From positions 3,666,275 to 3,730,274 of the forward strand of contig CM082587.2 of the NCBI GenBank assembly GCA_040954595.2: 64,000 nucleotides of DNA, given 5' to 3'. A program made the position numbers and the translations under genes. The number at the start of each line of letters is the position of its first letter. Position 1 is the first letter of the stretch. This DNA is from Balanoglossus misakiensis (taxonomy: Eukaryota; Animalia; Hemichordata). The notes beneath the pieces are model-generated. The model saw only the letters and a program-made list of their open reading frames with translations. It made no database searches and was not told where the DNA came from. Shown piece after piece: positions 39,442-53,200 of this stretch.

Positions 39442-39799
39442 GCTGTTCACGATTGCAAAGCCATCAACAACATGATCATCTTCCAGTGGCGTTCGGTCAG
39501 GTGACCTGATAGGGACATGGGTCGAAGGTCAGGGGTTAAGCAGAGGTCGAATGTGGACTTGACTGTGGCTACGCACCACAGCCCCCAACTAAATTATAAA
39601 TTCACCGATCAGAATGCTCAACACTGTCTTAAATATAAGATTTAAACAATGTTGAGATTTGTGTGGAATTATTTTAAAGGCAAAAGCGCCGATCGGTCGG
39701 TCGTCTGCAATAAAGGCAGCCATAGTATTCTGTTTTGGTAGGTTATGGCTGCTGAGCAATGACATCATCACGTTGATTCATTTTCATTTGGCGATCAAC
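39442..39799. promoter_or_regulatory. Bidirectional promoter and 5' UTR region shared by RNPEP and endophilin B
   Basis: Divergent ATGs are 358 bp apart; cluster of RGGTCA-like half-sites at about 39495-39550. Confidence 0.7.
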
Positions 39800-42700
39800 A
39801 TGGAAGGCTTCAAGAAATTCACACAGGACGCTGGCACACTGTTCAACCGTGCCAAACAGGTAAATACTTTCGTCTAATTTATCAGAAAAAATTCCCGTGA
39901 ATTCTCAACCTTCTTTGAGGCAAGTTGCCAGTTTATGGTGGCTGAGTATGGTCTATTTCATCTAATATGAGGGCGGATTTATTCGTTGACTGTGCCATCC
40001 TCGCGCTTCGCTGATTTGCCGTAAAATGCCAGCTGTTTGTGAACGTTTTTCACAGTAATTTTGAGTAAGGCAGCGGACACCAAGATTCTAAAAATATTTT
40101 AGTAGATGTGCTCACCCGATTTCTTTATAAATTAGAAATTTTATCTGGAGGAAAACGGTTCGTATGCATGTATGATGTACGACGCGACGGTGATATTATG
40201 TAGTGGGCGTGGCCTTTTGGTGAATGACGTTATTATGCCGTCGGCTGCCACATCACGAATAGTTCAGTAGCAGATTGCCAGTGTTTACACGATCCGATCT
40301 TTCATAAATCATCAATTATACGCAGACGTAAAGCTCAAAAACTACTGGTAGTCGATTCTTTGCCGTTTGTCAAAGACAGAAGCGGTGTAACGCCGATATA
40401 CTGCACCTTTCTCGCTGTAACCACATGGCTGCTTCCGGGTCACGTATTGTACAGTGACTCCTGGGCCCAAGGACAGATCTCAGTGAAAGTAACCTTCGTA
40501 TGACGATGATGCAACACAATAACAGTTCTCACTTTCTCTCACTCATGGACTGATCAGTTTGTGCCAATGAGCTGATCACCGTTTTGAAACTGAGATTGAA
40601 ATGTCACCCGTATAAGTGGTGGCACAGCCTTCATCATTTCCACAGCAGAAATTAACATTGTACTGTGCACATTTTCCTTTTAATACATTGTATAAGTTTT
40701 AACCTTACACCTTGTTTTGACTTGACGAGCAATTCAAGACTGTTGGCTAATGGCTATGTATTTTTGTGCTATTGTTTGTTTATTTTTATCCTATTGTTTG
40801 TGTATATTGAGATGCTAAATTGGCCAGCTCTGGCTGGCCTTGGGTTAGCTCAGAGCTGACTATAGATGGAAATTTAATAAAGTTCTGATCTACACTGTTT
40901 TATATACAGACTACATACACAAGTGACACAGATCATTGGCATTGGACAAATCGTATTTGTCTGGTATATTTAATTTTTAGACAGCTGTTACACTCCAAAA
41001 TCCTGTTTTCAATCATTTTACCATTTCAGTTTAGCTATGATCGACCTCGAGGGCCGTTGACCTCATAGGATTAAAAAAAATGCATATGTAAATGAAGTTT
41101 GACATTAATATGGTAACAATTTTGATATTGGAAAAATTGCAAGGCTAGTATTCAATATCTGACAGCCTTGTTGGAGGTTTAACATAGCTGGGTTTGCAAC
41201 TAGACTAATATATGCAAATGTGTCACAGGAATATAACCAATTATTTGCAGTTTTATATTTTGTTATCATTATCAGCAATACTTGCATATTAAATTATATA
41301 ACCAGATGCACCATGATGTGCATTCTAAAAATTAAAAGAATTTTGTCCAGATATTTGACTATCATAGTTCACCTTTGCACTGTATTTGAACCCTGTATTC
41401 ATTATTGGACCTTTCTATTTAGAAACAGGGGTGAAAAGGTCAAGTAGCATAAGCTAATACTCGATTAATATATATACTACCAGTATGATGATAAAGGACC
41501 ATATGTTACACGTACCACAGAACGGGTTGGACCAGAATATGAAAAATAAACAAAAGCATTAGATGGTGACATTTAGGGGGGGGGGGGGGGGGGGAAGAGA
41601 GAAATGAATGCAGTAGTAATAATGGTGTATGGAATTATATGGGTGAATTGTGATTTGTGATGCTATGAATCTGAACACATATTAGAAATTTATGTTTTTT
41701 TTGTTCAAGCAGTGCAGGCAGATTCACTGAGAGTCATTAAATTTGATCTCACAGTCAGCATTGCCCATATTCTCTCCATCTAATATGGGCATTTTAGTAC
41801 TAAACGTAGGTTCCCTGTTGACGTCACCAGGCATTAAAACAGGTGATTGGCAGCAAGGTAGCTCAGTTATTGAAGTTTGATTTCGCCTCAGGGAGTTGGT
41901 CGTGTCAGAGACGTGATGCAGGTTTCTCATTTCAAGCACCGAATCAACACTCCATTATTCTTGAACCTGTCAGGATCTCTGTAGAAGGAAAAAAAAAACA
42001 CAGCATGATCTGTAATGACTCTACTCCTTCAGAAAGGTGTACTTCAGCATAACAGGTGTTTTTTCAACAGCATTAGGCACACAAATTATGAGTCAGATTT
42101 TTGCTCCTTTCTCTTGCAGTACACCGAAGAAAAACTTCTGAACGCAGAGAAGACTGAATACGATGCTCATTTTGAAAACTTGCTTCACCGAGCCGAGAGG
42201 ACCAGAGTGTGGACGGAAAAGATGGTGACCAGTGTCGAGTCGGTCATTCAGCCAAACCCGAGTAAGTACTGGTAATATTTCTGTGAAAGAAAAATCTGGA
42301 AATTATACATGTATGGACATTTCAAAGATTCTCATGCCTTTTTTTCACTTTCTTTCTAAAAATCCAGATGCCCGACTTGAAGACTACGTGATGGAGAAGG
42401 TTGATCGCAAGCGCGACCGTGTAACAAACCGTGAAATGCTGGGCCAGTATTTTGTCGATGCCGGCAACGAGATTGGACCAGGAACAGCTTATGGTAAGGT
42501 CCACCTTTCTTTGATGTCTTGCAGTCTGGGTGCCAGTGGTTGATAGGATGTGGAAAATACAGGCCAATTAACTGTGTGGGTGGGGGTTGAATGGGGAGGG
42601 GGAAATAGACCAATGGTGTGTGAGCAACTCTTAATGTTCACATTTCTGAAAATAGCCACTCAAAAACATTTTTCATATCTTCTTTTTTCCTCCAGGTGCT

Positions 42701-45700
42701 GCGTTGGTGAAGTGCGGACAAGTGGAACAGAAACTTGGCGTTTCCGAAAAGGAGTTCATCTCGGCCAGTGTGCATAATTATCTGCAGCCACTCAGAAATT
42801 TCCTGGAGGGTGACATGAAGACAATAAATGTAAGTGATCATGATTGGATGATTGATTGATTGATTGGTTGACAGGGGTGTTGGATGAGTGACACTTGGTA
42901 AAACGCACAATGGAAAATTTTACAAAAGAATTAGAAATGGTTGGTATGGCAACCACTGTTACAAGAAATGAGAATAAGTAGAATTTGAACATCTCTGCTT
43001 ACACACAATGCAACAACAGGGATTCAACAGAATTGGGTCATTAGTGTCTGACTTCCTAAATTTCAAGGCCAGTGAACTGTTTTCGAGAAGTGTATAGTAA
43101 ATTGTAATCTGTGCTGTTGCCAGCACTGAATTTAAAGGTTACATAGTAGGAAACAACTATCAATAGGTTCCAATAATGAATTTTCCAGTCACATATTATG
43201 TATTTTAGGAAAGTCTACTTGTTGCGGAAAACTGACATTAACATTTCACTGCAATTATCTATGCAAGGTTCATGTGACAGGAAATGCAATTTTTATCATT
43301 TCCTCAAGGTAAAAGGGTACAGTGCTTCCTGTTGATATTTATATCACACTATAGCTTGACCAATCTTTTGAATTTTCTCTTTCACAATTATTCCAGTGTA
43401 ATTGAAAACCCAGAATTGTTATCCTGTCAGAATACCAATTATCTGCCTTTCTCGTTTTTCTCAGTTCATGTTACATTTGGCCCCAATTTAAACATTTAAA
43501 GACTGACATCATTGAAATGATTATTCCCCCATTTCTGTGAACTCGTGGAAATTGATTTCTGATTGGTCACCCGTCCTTTTCATTCGACAGAGTTGTCTTA
43601 AAATTGCTGTAAAAGAGTCTTTCCTGCAAACATGCCACGTTCAAATAACCATGCATGGTGACTAAATATTTATGTACTGCAAATTTGTCTGTATATGGGT
43701 AATTAACTGCATAGATAGGTGTGTCTCTTGTATTTTTTTTATCTTGTGAAGTTGTCCGTGGAATGTCGCACACCAGCTTGATTGCGCATTATTAATTAAG
43801 GTCAATCTAAAACCAGCTTGGGGGCCCAGGTTGCACATCCAGGTACATAAAAACCACCATGAGTTGAAGCTGCATTTTATAGAGCAATTGTCAACATTCC
43901 AATTTCTCCAGGTTTCTGTAATAAGTACCAGCTTCATCCGATTACTGCTATAATATCTAAAAATGAAACAGTAAGGACACATTGAGTTTTATTTTCACAC
44001 TGGTTTGGCAACACCCTGAATAATGTCCTGCTATATATTCCAGTGGAAAATTAAAAATAAGAAATGCTGGTACTCGGGCTAAGAATAGCACATACTGATG
44101 AATATATGGTTATTTACCTTTTTCGTAGCGTCATAGGCTTTAGGTACGTGCACATCTACATTCAGGTGTGGCTGTTTAAAAAAAACACATCTCTGACAGG
44201 ATTTGACAACTCACAACCAGTAAATAGCTAGAAAACTTCCGTCTGATTTCAGGACATGCCTAATTAAGAGAAGCTTATGTGTTTTCAATTTTTTATATCC
44301 CGTTGATTGGCATTTTCCCCCAGTTGTAAATTACACATATTTGCTGTCAAAGGAGTAAGATAGACACTCTGATTAATGATCTTTATCTTTCCTCATCAAT
44401 AATCTGAGATGTCAGAAATGAGGGAGGTTAGGTTTTGTAGGAAGCAGGTGATGACAGTAATGAAGTGTCAGACATAAAACAGTAAATGTTTAATACTGTA
44501 ATTACATAAATATTTAATGTTTATTTTATTTTACAGGTACATGATAACCTGCACTAAATACATATTTAATGTTTAAGTGGATAGTTTTAATTTGCATCAA
44601 GTATTTAAATATGCATACATGTAGTTCTAGTCTGTATGACCAGATCCAATGTGGGGTCACATGTACATCATTATTCCATGATTGTCACATTGATAATTGT
44701 ATAGAGAATGTAACAAAATTGTAAGGAGTCGTGTGTGTGTTGCATTGCAGAAAGAAAAGAAAATTCTTGAGATAAAACGTCTTGACTTGGATGCTGCCAA
44801 GACCAAGCTGAGGAAGGCCAAGTCTGATGAAACCAAGGCAAAGGTAGGAGGAGCCTCCATATACTTTAACCCTTTCATCCCCATGTCCCTGTGTAGAGGT
44901 CCAAATCTACCATAGAAAACAAAGGGTTTGGATCGAACCATGGTGGTGAAAGGGTTAAGAAAAAGACAAATGGTACATTCAAGAGGTTTGTAATCTCCCC
45001 TGTAGTGCATCAATGAAAAATGCATTTTTCACAGGCAGAATGTTGCATTCAGACATGTTGCATGGATTTGTGATCTGTATGCAAGTGCAAGCAATTCCGC
45101 ATTCAGAGAGAACATTGCATGTTTAATAGAAATCCGGTGTTGTGGATTTGTTGTCTGTCAGGTAAAAGTGGGAGGGATGGAGAATCAGGAACGTTATATA
45201 CTTGTAGTTGTATACTGATGTTGTATACTAATGTATCTATGTACAGTCTAAGTATGAATCATATAATTGACCAATGCCACAGCAGGCTGATTACACACTT
45301 TGAAAATACGACTGTACCTACCTACCTACCTAAATACAAGTCCAGACAAAAATGTGCAAAGTCTTAGAATATTAATGAGCAAGTGTGGTAAATCACTGAT
45401 TGCAATTTTAATAAACCTAATAGTAAATTTGGCCAATCATGCAAATTGTGTGTATGTACCGCTATTCCACTTTGTTGGTAAGGATCAGGTGACAGCATGC
45501 TATGACTCACATCATGTTAGAAATTCTAATTCATTCTCTCTTTCTCTCTTTTCTCTCCACATTCTGACTTTGTCATGCACTTAGTTGATCTGGTGTAGAG
45601 AGAGCCCTCTTTCTAAGGTTTCCATCTGATCACATTCCAAATTTCACTGTCTGTTAAACAGCTTGCTTTTACATACCACTTGCTTGCCTTGACTGAGCAT

Positions 45701-48700
45701 GCTCGCCTTACGTTAATGATGAGAATCTTGTCAAAACTTGGGGATGTGAAGTCATTATATCATTTGACCAGCATCTGGACAAGATGATGTTTGCAACATC
45801 TAGTTCTTTCATGCCTGTTCCAAGGTACAAAAATACATGTGATTAGATTATGATGACCAAAAATGAAAATCCTCCTTGGCAGTATTCTCATCATGTCTCT
45901 TTCTACACATGCAGCTAGCCTTGCAAGAGCACAGATCATTCACTAATTGTGATTTCTTCCACTGTTCGCAACTGTTGTCAGCCATGTTTCCACTCAAGCA
46001 AAGTAGTAACTTTCTCTGGGAATTTGTTCGGCTCATACGCCCCCGTGCTTTGGCGCGACCCAGTTGTTAACAGTGGTGAGGCCAGGCCTACACTAACAGA
46101 AATGGGGTGTGTTGAGAACTTAGAATTTCAAAACCAATGTCACAGCCTACCAGCAGCTTTTGTACATACCTGACTTGGCTGTGAAACGACAGTTGTGAGA
46201 GTGGCAAGAAGTTTCAGGACTTATTTGCATCTCCTGTATCCAAACACCAATAATACAATATTTTTTGCTAAGGTTATATCTTTTCTTCTCACATTTTGTT
46301 GCTCTCATAAAACTAAAGACATCACCCTCTGACTTGGAGAAAGTAAGTACTTTGTAATCACGATACTTCCACAATAGATTGTGCTGTGTTAATATTGTGA
46401 CGCCGTCGTAACCAAGCTTCATCCTGCCCGCATCCTCCTGCCCAGTGCCATCTGCTGTGTCTGTAATGAAGCCAGAGTATATATGTTGTCAGCACAAGTT
46501 GATGTAGCCGACCAGAGTTCATGTTCATGGTCTGTGGTGTGAGAAATATCCCGTTGACACTGCACATGCTGAGCTACATTGCAACTTGTATCCTGCGCAG
46601 TGCCACCTGTTGTATCCCCCCAGTGAAGCCAAGGCTTGCGTTGCATGAAATGTGCAAAATGCTGTCGGAACAAAACCAGTACAATAAAGTGACTCTGTGT
46701 TCCTCTGTGTAAGCAAGGAAGGACTTTTGAATTTTTTTCTGTCTGTCTACTTGCACAAGCACCAGGATGATCATCCACTCACCAACAGTCACTTATTAGT
46801 AAATCATTGCTGATGGTAATTGCATTTCCGAACATCGTGACTGCCTAACTCATACACATTTTTCTTGCCTGACGACTAACAGTAGTGAAAACACTGACAG
46901 ATAAGTCTTGGCCAGATTGATATATACACACATCCATGTCTGATGCCCGGTGCTTGTCATGTCAAGGAGCACAATTTTACTCCCACAGTTCCATACAGTA
47001 TACATCCCGAGTTTCCAATTTGCATAATTTATACAAATGTTTTGCCTTGTCTCGGCCAATCACAGGTTGAAGAAGAGCTGCGCTTTGCCCAGAGTGAATT
47101 TGACAAACAGTATGAGATTACCAAACTGCTCTTGGAAGGGGTCAGCAGTGCCCATGTGAGTACAGTTAATATGTTTAATGCTAGAGTTTAGAGTCTTTAT
47201 AAACCGTTGTCTGATCATTTAGCTAGTTATGTTAAGGTCATGTTTTCCTATGAAAATTATTGGGAAAGTATTATTAATTGTTACTGCTACTTCTCTGTAG
47301 GCCAATCACCTGCGGTGCCTGCAAGACTTCGTTGAGGCCCAACACAACTACTTTGTGCAATGCGCTGAAGCTACATCATATCTGCAGAAGCAGTTAACAA
47401 GGTGAGAGTTCATAACTGTTTTAGGTGCAGTCTCTTTATAACATGGATTTGGATATTCTTTCTGCAATCATTCCATCTGTCAAAGTATGTAAATATCCAT
47501 GTGGGTTTACACACTTGTAGCCATCTTTGAGGTGGGGAGGGGAGGGGTTGTTTTGAAATCCCTAGAGATGCAACTAAAATATCAGGATTGGAACTTTTGC
47601 GGAAATAGCAGCTGTATGTGAATAATGATGTGAAAACTACTCTAACACAGTATTTACATGAGGTGATTTGCATTGTGAAGGCATGTGTGATCAATGCTAT
47701 TTCAGATGCTGAGGACATTTTTTTGCCATTGATAAACTGACTTTTTTACTGACACTGCAGATATTTGATTGTCTTGATCTAGTGTGCCTTGCATGTTCAC
47801 AGTCTCACTGGTGTGTATAGTATGATGGTGGTGGGTATTCTCTGATTTCTAACTATTTCCCTGCTGACAACTCTAATGCTTGAGCTCCTCTTTCCCCTGA
47901 CGTCCATGTACATGTCTATTTTGGTTCACCATCAACATCATGTCAGCAGTCATTTTGCTCAAGTGTTTTAAATTGAGTGGTTGTTGTCAATATTAAGACA
48001 AATTTTACATGTAGCCTGTTCTCATGAACTAGTATAATTAGTTGAAACAGTCTTGCAGTGTTTTGAATTTGTCTATGACAAATTAATTAACAAGTCACTT
48101 GGGTGAACTCTTTCACTTATATCATTGCACTTGTGTGATGTGGGCTGTCTGCATTTAATCTCTTTCTTTACTTTTGTATTTTATTTCGTTTGCAGCATTG
48201 TACGTCACTTCCAAAACAAAACAAAAACTTGGTTCTTTTTTGGCAGGAACAGAAAAGAGGAGTTTGCATGGAAGCACGTTTTCCCCTCATCTCGTCGCTT
48301 CGTTAACAGCACTGGACGGTAGCACACTTGTGACGATCTGACATAACCAGTGCCAACCAACTTGTAACCAATATTTAACTGAGCTCTCGTTACTTTCAGT
48401 CTGCCTACAGGAACGGAGTCCATGACCAAGCCGTCAGCCCCACCATCCGACAACTAAGTTGTGGGGGTTCCCCCCGCGCGAGCCTACATTATATCTGTAT
48501 GTAAACACTTCTTGTATATTTTTCCGGGGGTTCACCTTTTTTTAATGTGCACTCCCGTTTCTCCGGGGTCTGTTGTGTTCAGTCTTCCAGGCGCAGGGAA
48601 TAACTCAAACTCTGTGAACATGTCCGCCCCTAGTGCCACCGCGCCAAAGTTCCACGCCAAGCCCCCGACGGGCACGCGGCGGGCACGGGTGCTTTACGAT

Positions 48701-50244
48701 TACGACGCGGCCGATCTATCGGAGCTGTCCCTTCTGGCTGATGAGGTACTGCAACGTTCATTTGCATGTACAGTACCAGACCAGAACAAAATGAGTCAGG
48801 CTCTGCATTTTCTCTTCTCGCAAAGAAAAATTGGCTGTTGTAAAACTTCCAGCATTTGGTTTCCGGCATTTTGGATGCTTCAAACATTGAACATTGCTCA
48901 AGTTGCATATTGTCATCGTTATGCATTGCAATAATTGACTAAAATCTTTGCTTGCTTGGTGTTTATTCATAATAATTTCTAATTTGCTAACGCTTTGTTT
49001 GCTTTTTAACAAGTGTTGTGTTGATAGTTATCTCTCTGGTTGACCTGACATTTTAACCTTTAAACTTTTAGGTTGAACTTTGACCTAATTTATGCATGCA
49101 TAATTAATATGCTTATTTACAGTGCTATTTGTTGAATTAACTTTTAATTAGCATGTAATCCTTTTTATTGAGTATGGCAATTGTTTGAAGTTATCATGAC
49201 ATCAGTCGTGTTGAAAATGGAAGCGCCTTCGAAAAACCATGGCATTAAAAAAAATGTGAAATACCGCAGATTTTTTCTCAAATTGACATTGATTGTTCTG
49301 GTATGGCCTGTCGTCGTGTCTTTGTTTCGTTTCATGTTCGTTCTGATTTTAATTATTAAGATACTGGGCTACTGCTCATTCCGGCACACTAAAAACACAA
49401 AAAAGTCGGCACGGATGGTATTGTCAGTTTCACTGTGTAGAGTTTGTGGCGTATTGTAAGTACCGGTAGTCGATGTCGTTGCCATGGTTACAGTTGTGCT
49501 TGCACCGAAACACACACACTTGTAGAATAGCTAATGCCTCAATATTGCACACAAAAACTGCTGCTTCTGTTTGTAAAGCCTGTGATGTTAATATAACTAA
49601 CTGGTACCCCTTTCTTTTTAAACACCGTTGCCGATAGCACTCTGTGTATATCTGTGTAAATTTCACAAACGTTAGACACTGTTCGTGTTGTTTGTGTGCT
49701 CCCAGCTGTGCACTAACATTCCTTTGAAATGCTCGGAAGGCCGATGCAATATCAACTCAAGAGGGCTCTCTCTCTGACAAAAGTTTGAGACATTTCTGAG
49801 TTGTTCTATGCCTGCAAGAGTACTCCCTGCACGCGAGTGTACTGTTGATCCTCCCAAAGTATTCTGAATGGCAGGACATTATACCCAGACCAACAACCTA
49901 GGGCTTTGAGTATATGAATCGTAATTCCTTCATTCTGTGGCAACCATTGCAAGGGAAACCTCAATAATTTTGGGAGATTGAAAAATTGGTTTGTGTTATC
50001 ATGTACATATCATTGTTGTGTTGGCACCAATTTATAATCGATTTTGGATGTTTTGACACAATGTTCTACGTATTTAAAAAAGTAATATAACTGATCTTTC
50101 TTCATTTCTGTCTGTTTCTCTTTTTTTTCTCTCCAGATAATTACAGTATACAGTCTTCCGGGGATGGACACTGATTGGATGATGGGGGAAAGGGGAAACC
50201 AAAAAGGAAAAGTTCCCGTCACGTATCTTGAACTGTTAGACTAG
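39800..50244 (+). CDS. SH3GLB1: Endophilin B (N-BAR plus SH3), 9 core exons, 338 aa
   Basis: Exons 39800-39859, 42120-42261, 42368-42493, 42696-42829, 44751-44843, 47066-47155, 47301-47401, 48583-48745, 50137-50244; phase-compatible. Motifs: YTEEKL..AEKTEYDAHFENLL, QPNP, PLRNFLEGDMKTI, KRLDLDAAKT, QSEFDKQYEITKLLLEG, ARVLYDYDAAD.SELSLLADE, GERGNQKGKVPVTYLELL. Likely co-orthologous to SH3GLB1 and SH3GLB2. Confidence 0.95.
44870..44954. mobile_element. 85-bp piggyBac-like mini-MITE
   Basis: TTAA|CCCTTTCATCCCCATG ... CATGGTGGTGAAAGGG|TTAA; TTAA at 44866-44869 and 44955-44958; a second copy lies at about 58331-58415. Confidence 0.8.
45162..45203 (+). CDS. Candidate 42-nt cassette exon of endophilin B (VKVGGMENQERYIL)
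   Basis: TCTGTCAG acceptor, GTAGTT donor, phase 0-0, no stop; TGCATG motifs upstream near 45059 and 45116. Confidence 0.4.
45585..45617 (+). CDS. Candidate 33-nt microexon of endophilin B (LIWCRESPLSK)
   Basis: Long TC-rich tract at about 45530-45560, TGC motif 9 nt before the exon start, TAG acceptor, AAG|GTTTCC donor, phase 0-0, no stop. Confidence 0.55.
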
Positions 50245-53200
50245 TTTCACAAGAACCAGCATTTCCTTCTTTTATTCAATTTTATTTATCTCAACACAAT
50301 TTCATTTTCGGGCGACTCAACGATGGCGACTATATGCTTCGTTCATATCACTGCCTTCTATAGTTCCCGTGTCGTCGGAACAAACCACGGTTAATGGCGA
50401 ATTTCGTTCGTCACGGACTGATGCGGCGCCATCGTTTTGGGTTCACGCGAATCTGCTGTTCTTCCGCTCGGAATTGTCACCTTGTCAAGAGGTGGCGCTG
50501 TTCAAAGACAAGACCAGTGAAGACATTCATGTTGACCAGAATTGTTTTTTACCCTAATTTATCCCTGATCACCACTAGGCTGAACCTGCAAATACATTTC
50601 GCGTGTAATATTACCTGCATATTGATTTCACCCGCGAGTAATGCGTGCAAATTGTGGTTCTGCGCGAAACGAACCCGATTTGTGCTTTTAAACTGAGATT
50701 TACCATTTATGTGCTGTGAGGTGCGCAAACCAGGGATCATAGTTCAAAAGTGGGTGACCTTGTCCCTTCAAGATTATTTTCACTGTAGGCGGAAATTGGT
50801 GATTGATTGTGTTTTCATTCGTTCTTGCCAACCAAACAACAACACCCCTGGGGCCAGTGAGTAGAATGACCTACTTTAGTGTACACTAAATGAAAGCCCG
50901 GCATAAGTTTACCTTTAATCCCCATCTCCTGTGCCACATATTTGTTTGTTTTTTAATTCCGAGTATGGGGTATTATTTATTTATTAAGAAATAATTTTGA
51001 TTCTGGACGGATACTTTTTCTCAAAAAGGAAATATAATGCTCGCATAGTTTTGCAAATAGCTGATAGACACTATTTTCCTTTCCCTATTATGATTATGTT
51101 ACTAGGTGATATTGAAGAGGGCTTTTTTTGTTTTCACTAACAATTTATATATCAGGCACTTGTAGATAAGAACACTTGTCATCTTAGTGTGTGGGTGACA
51201 TTATAGCAAGTATATTTGCTCATATCACTGGGCGCATGCATGGGAGTAGGCTAAACATTGGTGGGGTGCTAACTTAAGTTGTATGCAATGCAGAGCAGTG
51301 CAACTAAATTACGGTATATTTTTTCCCAGAATTGTTCAGATCTTTCTACAAAAAAATGAACTATATATTGGCTGTACATATACTGTAGAAATTTAAAAGT
51401 TAGGTTGATATCGGTTTCATGTTCTCCCATCATGCAAATCAGTTTGTGCATGAATAATTAAGGAATTATGTGTAGGTGTCATCATTCTTTGAGCTCACAT
51501 TTAGGTGTTGTCATATAAATGTCGTGCACATGTGTGATGTCATCTTACTTTGTGTAAAGTAGAGTTATGTCTGTCTTTACAAACTTCAATCACATAGTTT
51601 GTGATTTAAAAAGTACCAAAAACCTAGTTCTGCTAGATTTTGAATTTTGATTTTATTTGTGCAAACTTATTTTATTGCGAAAGGAAAGAATTGCATCTCC
51701 ACACAAGCCAAGGGAGACCATGCAAGCTTTATGAGCTAACTATTCCAGATTCGTATGAGAAGTGTGTCATCATATCTTGTGCACACGTAGCTGTGATGTC
51801 ATTGTTTTGGGCATATATAAACATTGTCATTTTGGAATTGACATCTAGTGTCAAAAATGAATTTAAAAAAATACATATTTACCATATTGTAGATACTTAG
51901 ATAATCATCGTTCATTAATGACAAGAAATTATAAGATTTGGTGTAATAGTTGCCTTGGGTCAGGATCAGTTGAATTGCTTTTTTTGTTCGGGTATTGTTG
52001 GGTGTTTGTGAAATTTAAATGAGTATGTAAGACTTATTCTTTATCTGTAAATTGTAAACATGTCTAGAATGTAAAAAATTACGTGTAATGTGCAATGTTG
52101 AAACCATCAGTGGTTGTCGCGATTAATCGATTAGTACATGATATTTATAGTTTTGTCAGATCTTGAATGTTAACAGCTACAACTGAAGAAAAAAAAGACA
52201 TCAGACGTGAGACAAAGCTGTCCTAGTTGTTTACTATCCTCAAACTCTAATTCCAACCATTTTAAATACCACATGGAGAGGGGGATGAAAGAAAGAAAAT
52301 TCAGTTAGAATTGTTTCGCTTTTCTGCCTGCCCAGTTTCTGGGGGTGACGTGACGTGCAGCCATCATTGAAAGACTCTCCTGATTGGCTACGTATCTGCA
52401 GATTATCAACCAATAGGACTCGAGATTAGATACCATCTAAAACCCGGTTCATAATAATTCAGCCACCTTTGACATCGCTGCATGTCCCCGCACAGGGAGA
52501 AATGTCCAAAGAAGTTTTTCGATCTACTAAAGTAAATAAACCATACTCTACTTTCACCATAAATCGGAAAGAATTGGTATTTTATTGGGATGGGTTTGAG
52601 AAACAATAGCAATAGGAAATAAATGTACAACGGACACGACAGTTTGAACAGGATCACTCCAGCGCCACCTGGTTGGAAACATGAGAGTGCGACAAACAAA
52701 ATGTTTAGTCAAAATTGTTATGCAGTGCAAACTTTGCACACGACAGTGGAAATACGGCTTGACCCCATACCAGAAATCTTGTTTGAGCACGATATAAGCT
52801 GATTGTCAAATACTGGACTTATCGGGGGGGGGGGGGGTAAACCTTGCCTAACAAGATACCCTCGTAAGTAAAGTTGTAGTTGTGTCATCAGTGTTTGTAG
52901 CTCGGTTTGTACGGCGCATTTTCAAGCGATAATGACGCCGAGGTGATGTGTTACAGTCAGCTTCATTCGGAGCATCATTCCGACTCTGTCCAAAAGCCTC
53001 ACCCTTCTGGACCGTCTGTGATTTGTGCCGGGTACGTGTTTTCGCGCACTTACCGTCGACGTCCCTAGTGTACTCAGGTCATCTGTGAATTCTGTCGATT
53101 TAAAAGATGAAGATGTTTACTAAAGATTTTTACTGATTTGGTAGCCGAAATTGTTTTGTATCAGTGCCACTATCAAGATACGATTACGATAGAGCATTAC

